This document shows, in pieces, positions 1 through 7,786 of a stretch of 9,508 nt of DNA. Location of the stretch: positions 24,299-33,806 of the forward strand of contig JBJCIZ010000490.1 in NCBI GenBank assembly GCA_051294375.1, read 5' to 3'. Positions within the stretch are counted from its first letter, which is position 1; each line of letters opens with the position of its first letter. The translations under genes and the position numbers were made by a program. The notes beneath the pieces are model-generated. The model made no database searches, was not told the DNA's origin, and saw nothing but the letters and a program-made list of their open reading frames with translations. Origin of the DNA: Paraspadella gotoi (Eukaryota > Animalia > Chaetognatha).

Positions 1-30
1 AAGCGACGCCAACGACTTCTCTGATCTTAA

Positions 31-86
31 AACCAGAAGTGGGAGACCGGAAGTTGGAAACCGGAAATGGGCGTGGAACCGGAAGC
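31..86 (+). promoter_or_regulatory. Tandem ~14-bp repeat carrying four ETS-like motifs and a KLF/Sp box
   Basis: ACCAGAAGT (32-40), ACCGGAAGT (46-54), ACCGGAAAT (60-68) and ACCGGAAGC (78-86), spaced 14, 14 and 18 bp, with GGGCGTGG at 69-76. The match to ETS and KLF/Sp consensus is established knowledge; function is inferred. Confidence 0.45.
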
Positions 87-292
87 AAGATGCAATCTCT
101 AGATTTTAAACGTCTCACAAGAAGTTACTGGAGATTCTTTTGCTTGCTTTGCTTGTTAATTTGTCGGTCTGAGGGATTGCTTGCTTTTGATCATGACTAA
201 AATAGCTTTGAACCGAAAGGCAGTAGAATATTCTTCTAAAACCAAAAAAAGAAATCTGATATAACGAACGATTCTGAAGTCAAAGGTGACGA

Positions 293-473
293 NNNNNNNN
301 NNNNNNNNNNNNNNNNNNNNNNNNNNNNNNNNNNNNNNNNNNNNNNNNNNNNNNNNNNNNNNNNNNNNNNNNNNNNNNNNNNNNNNNNNNNNNNNNNNNN
401 NNNNNNNNNNNNNNNNNNNNNNNNNNNNNNNNNNNNNNNNNNNNNNNNNNNNNNNNNNNNNNNNNNNNNNNNN
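293..473. other. Assembly gap or hard-masked run (181 N)
   Basis: Run of N seen directly. Confidence 0.98.
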
Positions 474-608
474 GCGCCAAAAAATCCGGCACGCCCACCG
501 GAAACGCCGCCGGACGAAGAGAGAGAGAGACGCCGCCGCCGAGAACCTTAAAAGCCGAGAGAGCCGCTGATCAAACGGTCGTCGGGTGGGGTTATGGTGG
601 CGGAGAAT

Positions 609-636
609 GGGTAGGGTAAGTGGGTGGGTAAGTGGG
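609..636 (+). other. G-quadruplex-forming motif with duplicated GGGTAAGTGGGT
   Basis: GGG runs at 609, 614, 622, 626 and 634 with 1-5 nt loops. Confidence 0.45.
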
Positions 637-742
637 TGCGAGCAGAGATTGGAGAAGCGACTTCCGGTTGCGATGAGAGACGCGACGAGAAATGGAGCGG
701 AAATCCGAGGAAGCGAAAAACAAAAGATCAATCCGATGCCGA

Positions 743-1031
743 NNNNNNNNNNNNNNNNNNNNNNNNNNNNNNNNNNNNNNNNNNNNNNNNNNNNNNNNNN
801 NNNNNNNNNNNNNNNNNNNNNNNNNNNNNNNNNNNNNNNNNNNNNNNNNNNNNNNNNNNNNNNNNNNNNNNNNNNNNNNNNNNNNNNNNNNNNNNNNNNN
901 NNNNNNNNNNNNNNNNNNNNNNNNNNNNNNNNNNNNNNNNNNNNNNNNNNNNNNNNNNNNNNNNNNNNNNNNNNNNNNNNNNNNNNNNNNNNNNNNNNNN
1001 NNNNNNNNNNNNNNNNNNNNNNNNNNNNNNN
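743..1031. other. Assembly gap or hard-masked run (289 N)
   Basis: Run of N seen directly. Confidence 0.98.
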
Positions 1032-1126
1032 GAAATGCCAAAAAGAGTGAAGGGAAATTGGTGGATGATGTCTCGGAATGAAGGACGCCTCGATGCCTCG
1101 AGACGAACGGAGTGGAAAATCATTTG

Positions 1127-1128
<2 letters not shown>

Positions 1129-1158
<30 letters not shown>
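1129..1158 (+). repeat. Perfect (GA)15 microsatellite running into a gap
   Basis: Uninterrupted GA dinucleotides ending at the N-run. Confidence 0.95.
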
Positions 1159-1343
1159 NNNNNNNNNNNNNNNNNNNNNNNNNNNNNNNNNNNNNNNNNN
1201 NNNNNNNNNNNNNNNNNNNNNNNNNNNNNNNNNNNNNNNNNNNNNNNNNNNNNNNNNNNNNNNNNNNNNNNNNNNNNNNNNNNNNNNNNNNNNNNNNNNN
1301 NNNNNNNNNNNNNNNNNNNNNNNNNNNNNNNNNNNNNNNNNNN
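1159..1343. other. Assembly gap or hard-masked run (185 N)
   Basis: Run of N seen directly. Confidence 0.98.
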
Positions 1344-1450
1344 GATCAGACATTCACGCAGCCGTGAACTGATCCTGCAATCATAAAATCTGGGGGAAAG
1401 TTGCGCTCAGGTTTGGGTGAGGATTGAAAATTTGATCATTGATTTTGACC

Positions 1451-1660
1451 GAGAGGAGAGAGAGATGAATATGAGGAAAAAATGAAGAGGAAGAGTCGTA
1501 TATGCTGGACAAAAAAATAAGGGAGGGAGTATGAGAGAGAGGGAGACACGGGAGAAAAGACGAGGAGCTGGAGTGGAATGGAAAAGTGAAAGAAGTAAAA
1601 AGAACGAGAGAGGAAAGCCGGCGGAAAGTAAGAAAGGAAAAAAAAGCACAGCACGAGAGA
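1451..1660 (+). repeat. Purine-rich low-complexity block
   Basis: Strong A/G skew with short GA and A runs and no fixed period. Confidence 0.75.
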
Positions 1661-1872
1661 TAAATCACATTTGAAATTCTTTAAAGTAATACGAAATGAC
1701 GAAGGCGACGAACGACGACAACGACGACGCACAACGAAGACGACTGCGTCCCGTTCGGTGTCTGTGATTTTAATCGAGGGATGATGGGAGAGGCTGTCGA
1801 GGCTGATCGAGCGAGCGGAGGTTGTGTTCGTCAGCGTGTGGTGAGGTTCTCTGCGCCTGCGTTGTAACGACC

Positions 1873-1977
1873 AGAGAGAGGAGAGGAGAGAGAAGACAGA
1901 GGAGAGAAGCAGAGAAGAGAGAGAGAGAGAGCGACGAGAGAGAGAGAGGAGAGAGAGAAACGAGAGAGAGAGAGAGA
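1873..1977 (+). repeat. Degenerate (GA)n tract
   Basis: About 105 bp of GA repeats with doubled G/A and scattered C insertions. Confidence 0.92.
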
Positions 1978-2134
1978 TCGAAATAGAAAAGGACGAGAGT
2001 GCCGGGTGTGCCAAGAAGAAAAATTTACATAATAAGTGCCTCGTCATGAGCCGGACACTTGATGAATGTAAAGATTAGAGAGCGTTAGGTGTACCAGAGA
2101 AAGAAATCAGAGACGCCCGAAGACGAGGGGAATG

Positions 2135-2145
2135 GAGAGAGAAGA

Positions 2146-2180
<35 letters not shown>

Positions 2181-2215
2181 AGAGAGAGGAGAGGAGAGAG
2201 ATAAGAGAAGAGAGA
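2135..2215 (+). repeat. Degenerate (GA)n tract
   Basis: About 80 bp with a perfect core near 2148-2176. Confidence 0.92.
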
Positions 2216-2850
2216 CGATTAATCCTATGCACCGCAAGTAAACTTAGTTTCTAAGTGATGTGAGAGGCAGAGAAGAATTTCTTTTGTAATTTTCTTCTCA
2301 CACTGATAGTACAAATCGTTAAGAGATTGAGCTGCTAGCAACTACAGACATGCCATGCAGGGCGAATAATAAATTACAATCGATGAATACAGTAGTTGTA
2401 GATCGTCGATACGCTTTTTCACGTCGGAATCGTCACCCTCATTAAAAAAACAGTAGTCCTATTCACTCGGCCCCTCGAGGCGCTACTACGCTCCCCCACC
2501 GACACTTAGCCTCCGAGACAAAAAAGATTAATCTCTTTTTTCCCCTTACAGAAGAAAAGAAGATGAAAGAGAGAAAAAAAAAAAAAGAAAAAAGTTGGGT
2601 TACGATTCTAATGGTTTCCGATTTCAGAAGTTTTTTTCTCAGGGACTGTCTTTTAAATTTTTTCCTTTGTATAGCTGATTTCAAGTGACGTATCTAGTAC
2701 TGCACGTTTTAGCTGTATTTCAATTCATCTTCTTTTGGACTGCTGGAATTTCTATGTTAAAAAACGTTCTATATTTCTATGTTATTTTTTTTGTGTGTTG
2801 TATTTTGTTTTATAAATTATGTTGAAGGCTCCTTACATGATTCACCTCAG

Positions 2851-2922
2851 TCTTCTCTCTCATGCCCTCTCTCTCTCTCTCATCTCTCTCTCTCTCCCTC
2901 CTCTCACTCTCTCTCCCTATCT
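2851..2922 (-). repeat. Degenerate (TC)n tract (GA on minus strand)
   Basis: About 70 bp of TC repeats with interruptions. Confidence 0.88.
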
Positions 2923-3059
2923 GACCCTGCGAGTCTCGTGCAGCAAACCCACTCACATCGTACCACTCTTCATTCTGGAGTTGACCCCCTCCGCCACACT
3001 CCCCATTCCGTCTCCTATCTGACTTTATTCCAACTACAAAGCGATGATTCGATTGTGGA

Positions 3060-3158
3060 TCTCTCCTCTCTCTCTCTCTCCTCTCTCTCTCACTCTCTCT
3101 CTTCTCTTCTATCTCTCTTCTCGTCTCTGCTCGCTCTCCTCTCTCTCGATCCTCTCCT
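3060..3158 (-). repeat. Degenerate (TC)n tract (GA on minus strand)
   Basis: About 100 bp of TC repeats with interruptions. Confidence 0.92.
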
Positions 3159-3300
3159 GGCTCTTTCGTTCCGAATGATGTGATTGCGAAGGGAGACATG
3201 TAAGCCGCAATCGGGCGAACATCCATCGCCAAGGGTGGGGGGTGAAGTAGGTCCGCGTTAAGCGGTGGGTTGGGGTGGTAAAGGAGAAAGGTGGAAAACT

Positions 3301-3392
3301 CTAATTGAAAGGTAGGAAAAAACAGATAGTTAGCCACCGAAACTCTGCTCGGAGAAAACAGAAGACTACAGTAGTAATTTATAAGAACTCAC
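3301..3392 (-). other. Candidate 92-nt spliceosomal GT-AG intron
   Basis: The minus strand reads CCG|GTGAGT (donor, + 3387-3392), then branch point CTAAC (+ 3329-3333), a pyrimidine tract (TGTTTTTTCCTACCTTTC) and TAG| ending at 3301. Confidence 0.4.
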
Positions 3393-3604
3393 CGGTTTAG
3401 TAAACAGAAATGGATCTAATCGTCGTTACATTAGTAACATATTACAAGTTTCTTCCTCATTCATATTGAAATTATTCAAGTTCAATAATTTATAACCCAA
3501 AAAGTGATGAAAAAGGAGTATGCACGATCACTAAAGTTCCCCCCCAGCGTACTCGAGTTACCCACGCCCTCCCCTTCCGTCTAGCTCTCCACATACCCAC
3601 CCTT

Positions 3605-3782
3605 TCCCTCCTCACCATAAGGCGGAGGGAAAAAAAAAAAAAGGGCTTTAGAACTGAAAAAACGAAACAGACGACAACGAAAGAGAATCCGCGGATTCCT
3701 CTTCTTTTTTTTCTTTCACTCCGCTATGGGGCGGCGAGAATGAAGAAAGTTTTTCCGGTTGTTGATCTTAGGTGAGGAGGGA
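3605..3782. repeat. Nested inverted-repeat unit (MITE-like or fold-back)
   Basis: TCCCTCCTCACC-A-TAAG (3605-3621) is complementary to CTTAGGTGAGGAGGGA (3767-3782). A perfect palindrome GAATCCGCGGATTC lies centrally at 3685-3698. Confidence 0.4.
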
Positions 3783-4009
3783 CATTTATCGGCGGATTGA
3801 CGCGCGGCGCCGTTTGTACCCTGACGCACTGACGCCGGTTGGGTGGGGCGGATGGGTTTACGACCCACTCATCGATGACACAGGACGGCCTTTTGCGGCC
3901 AACGTGTCTATATGTCTCACACATGCTTGTTTCAACTGCCTCAGCTCCTATCCACCGTGGCTGTTGCTATTCTCATTCGCCCGTTGTGGCCATAAATGGG
4001 TCTGACACT

Positions 4010-4666
4010 ATTTTCTCTCTTCTATTCTTATCTACCAAAGATGTTTTTCTTACTGTACATTTCCCCTCGTTCCTATTTCCCCTCTTTCAGTGCTCCGCGC
4101 TGCGCGCGTGGTCCTGCTTGTTTTCTCCCTTCCTCTGGTTTTCTCACCTTTCCTCTTTTCCGTCCCTTGCCTCCTTTTCCTCGCCTTCCCTCTTTTTCTC
4201 TCTCTCTTCTTTCGTCTCTCCGCGTTCCTCTTTTCCCTACCTTCATCTTTTCCCTACCCTTCATATTTTTCTCCAGATTCTCTTATTTCTCCCTTCCCTC
4301 TTTCTGCATATCTATTTCACCCTCCCTTCCTCTTTTCCTACACCTTCCAGCCACCTCTTTGTGTACTCCCTTCCTGCTCTCTAATGCCCTCCCTTCCTCT
4401 TTTCCTCCCCCTTGTCGAAAATTGTCAAGATCCACTGCTCCAATTCCATAAAACAGAGTATCATCCCCCTACTTCCTTTGCCCCGTTTTCTTCGTTAGTT
4501 ATTGTAAAACCTTCCTCCCTCTCTCCTTTCCCATTTCCACTCTCCTCCTTCTCCCGCTCTCCCTCCTCCTCTCCTAGCCACCATCTGATCTCGTCTCCAT
4601 CTCTCTCAACTCAGTCTGTCTCTCTCTCTCTCTCTCTCTCTCATCTCTCTTCTTCTCTCTTCCCCT
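4010..4666 (-). repeat. Long polypyrimidine (C/T-rich) low-complexity block ending in a (TC)n core
   Basis: About 650 bp strongly dominated by C and T, with (TC)n near 4600-4662. Confidence 0.85.
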
Positions 4667-4743
4667 TTAACCCCCAAAGCTCCGCCTGCCACTAAAAAAA
4701 TCGACGCAAATCCATAAAACAGTCTTCGTTTCGCCGGTTCGCG

Positions 4744-4816
4744 TCTCTCGATTTTTTCCCTCTCTCTCCGTCTCTCCATCTCGCCTCCGCGCGCCTCTCT
4801 CTCCTCTTTTCTCTCT
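4744..4816 (-). repeat. Degenerate (TC)n / pyrimidine tract
   Basis: TC repeats with interruptions, ending just before AG at 4818-4819. Confidence 0.75.
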
Positions 4817-4819
4817 GAG

Positions 4820-5151
4820 TTTTCGGCGGACACCGTCCGGTTGAACAGGCGGGCGTCGACGGTGACGGCAGGAAAAAACGAACGGCTTCGATCTCCGGTG
4901 TCGCCCGCGGCGTCGCCCCGAACGCCGAGCGGGCCAAAAAAAATGGGCGCGGCGGGCGTAAACGGTCGAAAAAATTATGCGTCGCTCCATAAAAAAGAGA
5001 TGGAATCGGGAAAGGAAACAAACAAAAGAGCAACGTTTGAAACGTCGACCGAAAGAGGGACGACAGACGACGTAGACGAGACGACGACGGACGATGACAG
5101 ACGCAGCGAGCCTGAAAAGGTGACAACGAAAAACGAGCAACGAGAGAGAGC

Positions 5152-5192
<41 letters not shown>

Positions 5193-5272
5193 AGGAGAAG
5201 AGAGAGAGAGAGCGAGAGAGGAAGATGGACAGAGAAACCGTCTGTAAGGACGTGACCATCGGTGTGATTTGA
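4820..5272 (+). CDS. Possible exon or ORF encoding a disordered SP/TP-, D/T- and ER-rich peptide (unverified)
   Basis: Stop-free frame after a pyrimidine tract plus AG, reading RLRSPVSPAASPRTPSGPKK and TTDDVDETTTDDD. The sequence is T-poor, so the lack of stops is weak evidence. No family recognised. Confidence 0.15.
5142..5222 (+). repeat. Degenerate (GA)n tract
   Basis: About 80 bp of GA repeats with interruptions. Confidence 0.92.
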
Positions 5273-5820
5273 TGCTCAGGCCTCCATGTCTCCACAAATC
5301 CCGATCGGCGGACAGAATCGAATCACGACAAACTTTTTCTTCATCGAAATTAATGATCAGGAGAAGAGAGCAAGAGTTCGTTAAACTCCGATGATCAATA
5401 CTACAAAAGATAAGGGCCAGAAATTTTTGGGTAAACATTTCTTCTTTTTTTAAAATACTAGAAATAATTCAAATGAGCATTGAAGCAAATAAGATGCCCT
5501 TTGTCCTTCTACTTATAAAAAGTCGATTTGTTATTTTTAACTGTTACTCTTATTATTAAGATAAATTAGGATTGGGTGTATTGACATGAATCCAAATGGA
5601 ATATTAGAAATAAAAAATAAAAATGATAATGAAAAACGAATTAATGGTTAAATGTGTGTTTACTCTCTATAAATTTAAGAAAAAACTCACCACATGTAAA
5701 TTCAACAAACGGTTGAACGGAAAAGTGACTAACCTGTTAATCGGACAAACGGAACCGACGTACGGACAACTTAAGCAGGAACGTACGGACGCCCTCGTCG
5801 GCCAGCTAAAATAAATGGGG

Positions 5821-5918
5821 GGAGAGAGAGAGAAGGGCGAGAGGAGAGCAAGAGAGAGAAGAGAGAGAGAGAGAGAGAGAAGAGAGGAGAGAGATGAGAG
5901 GAGAGTAGGAGAGGAGAG
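5821..5918 (+). repeat. Degenerate (GA)n tract
   Basis: About 98 bp of GA repeats with interruptions. Confidence 0.92.
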
Positions 5919-5976
5919 CAGAAGCGTTTCTGATTCAGTGGAGTTTGTGTTATTCTCCGTGCGGTTCTTATTTTTC

Positions 5977-6384
5977 TCATTGTGACCATCTAAACAATGG
6001 CACTTTTGGAATTGGTTGACTTTTTAGGCTGCCAAATCGAAGAGTTATTCGGGCCGACGGATGGCCCTTTTTTTGTGTTGTTGTTTTTCGCGCCGCCGTC
6101 GCAGCTTTTCGATATTCCGACGACCGTTGAGCGGTGGGGGCCGCGGGGGCCGGGGGGGGGGGTGAGGGGGGGGAAAACGACGGAGACGAGGACGGCGAGC
6201 CGGAGATGGACGCCGGATGGGCGTGTGCTCCCTTGACGACGGGGGGAACCTGATCGGACGCGGGAGTCGACGAATCTTCAGAAGACTTAACTACTGGGGC
6301 GTGCGAGCTACACGTCGGTTGCCCGAAACCTGAGGATAGATACGCTGGTTCGCCGACCAAGCACATTGCCTGGGCAAATGTCAT
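5977..6384 (-). CDS. Possible 135-aa Pro/Ser-rich ORF or exon (unverified)
   Basis: Open frame outside the GA tracts with an acidic S-rich part, a poly-Pro part (from the G-run) and a basic tail. No family recognised, and GC-rich DNA favours chance ORFs. Confidence 0.15.
   Translation of the reverse strand: MTFAQAMCLVGEPAYLSSGFGQPTCSSHAPVVKSSEDSSTPASDQVPPVVKGAHAHPASISGSPSSSPSFSPPSPPPPAPAAPTAQRSSEYRKAATAARKTTTQKKGHPSARITLRFGSLKSQPIPKVPLFRWSQ
6136..6173 (+). other. Strong G-quadruplex / poly-G tract
   Basis: G5-CCGC-G5-CC-G11-TGA-G8. Confidence 0.7.
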
Positions 6385-6564
6385 GTTGGATGGCTCATTC
6401 TACTATTGACAAATACAATCCAAGGACGGTGGAACGGACCACACGACGACTGGACGATGAGAGTGCAGGAAGGCGGACGCGACGGAGCGACGACGACGAA
6501 CCTAATAGGCACGACCGAATGACGGTGACGACGAACGAGATGGTGACGCGACACAAGATACCTA

Positions 6565-6983
6565 GCCGCCATCTTTGTTTTCGGTTTTATTTTGCACATA
6601 TTGAATGAACGGATCACAAAAATTCGAACCAAGAATATTTCGTCCGTCAACGCGTTCAAAATGGTACAAAACATAAAAGAACAATTTTAGAAGGGAGTGA
6701 GAGGACCGATTATTAATTTGAATAATGATGTGTAACCAATGCATGACCCGAAAGTATTCATGGTCACAATCTATGAGATAAGCGGGGTGAACGGAAGCCG
6801 TGGACCGAAACACTGTGTGAAAGGATTTCCCCGTTAGGAGAGGCGCGGAAATTCTGGCGGCAGATGGCCGCCTTACGCTGCCGCGGACCGGACGATGACA
6901 AGGACCCGACAACCGACGAGGGGACGCGTGGGCGGGGCCAATAGCCGCCCCACATCACCCTGCCCGTTTTATTTTGCTATAAT
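6565..6983. promoter_or_regulatory. Pol II promoter-like motif cluster (YY1, GC box, CCAAT, TATA-like)
   Basis: GCCGCCATCTT (6565-6575), AGATGGCCGCC (6862-6872), GGGCGGGGC (6930-6938), CCAAT (6938-6942) and TATAAT (6978-6983). Confidence 0.3.
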
Positions 6984-7127
6984 TTAAGTTTTGTTTTTCA
7001 GTTCTCCATTTATCAGTGAGTCTTATTATATATTATCCCTGGTTCGATTTCTTTTTTTTTTAAAAAACAAAATCCATTAAGTTTTAGTTTTATTCGAGAA
7101 GACAAGGCGAAGAGGCGGGGCTAGTAG

Positions 7128-7571
7128 ATAGAGCTTGGGCCACGCGGCCAGGACAAACAGGCGACGAGCGGACGGGAGAGTGAGCATTCACGGCGTTACG
7201 CGTCCGATGGTTCAGCCGAGATGCTGACGATCGAGGGCGAAGCGAGCGACACACCGAACCGGCGACGACGGGAGGGGGACGAGAGCCTTTGTAGGCGACG
7301 CCAACCGCGGATAAATTGAGACCAATCGGACGCGGGGGACGTCGAGACAGCGAACGACGACGATGTGAGCGGGCGCCCGGTCAGTGAAACGGGTAAATTA
7401 GGACAACAGACCTCAGCTACACCTCCAGATTCAAAAGAAAATGGAAAGGACCAATGCCTCAAAGAAAATGAATTAACAGCGAACACGACAGACGAGAACG
7501 CGACACGACGACGGGACGCGAGATTTTCCGGGCAAGGTCTCTTGAAGGGCAAGGGAGGGGGGGGGAAATGA
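7128..7571 (+). pseudogene. Protein-like acidic disordered frame interrupted by one TGA (unverified)
   Basis: The frame is open from 7128 to the stop ending at 7571 except for TGA at 7317-7319. There is an in-frame ATG at 7221. It extends track ORF 7365..7571. Confidence 0.15.
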
Positions 7572-7692
7572 AGCGGTGCAGGAGAGGGGGGGTGGATTGT
7601 TTGGGTGGATGGAGAGGTCGGAAGTGTGTTTTTTTGGTGCGATGCGTGGAGCCCGGTGGAGTCCTCGCAATGAGACGGGATTTTTTCCGGAA

Positions 7693-7786
7693 GGAGAGAG
7701 AGAGAGAGAGAGGAGAGGACGAAGAGAGAGAGAGAGAGTTAGAAGAGAAAGAGAGAGAGAGAGAGAGAAGAGAGAGTAGAGAGTAG
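7693..7786 (+). repeat. Degenerate (GA)n tract
   Basis: About 94 bp of GA repeats with C/T insertions. Confidence 0.92.

Noticed and set aside
156-1386. Eleven ORFs of up to 247 aa in the ORF track
   Set aside because: They stay open only because they run through N-gaps.
2916-3023. Direct repeat CCTATCTGAC at 2916 and 3014
   Set aside because: Two copies of a 10-mer in pyrimidine-rich DNA are compatible with chance.
3681-3712. Hairpin plus T8 as a bacterial intrinsic terminator
   Set aside because: There is no upstream gene or prokaryotic context, so it is kept only as part of the fold-back finding.
3724-3924. STTGKTFF in a minus-strand ORF resembling a Walker A motif
   Set aside because: It lacks the first Gly of GxxxxGKT, and a stop follows within a few codons.
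1381-5438. Long S/L/F/P-rich and ER-repeat ORFs (e.g. 1436-2047, 2779-3183, 3839-4695, 4692-5438)
   Set aside because: GA/TC-skewed DNA rarely forms stop codons, several overlapping frames are open at once, and there is no domain signature.
5623-5814. 63-aa ORF with repeated GQLK
   Set aside because: It is short, straddles an AT-rich to ACG-rich transition and has no recognisable family.
6725-6770. Imperfect stem with ATGA and AAA as a SECIS or C/D snoRNA
   Set aside because: The spacing does not fit a SECIS, and there is no proper C box/D box pair.
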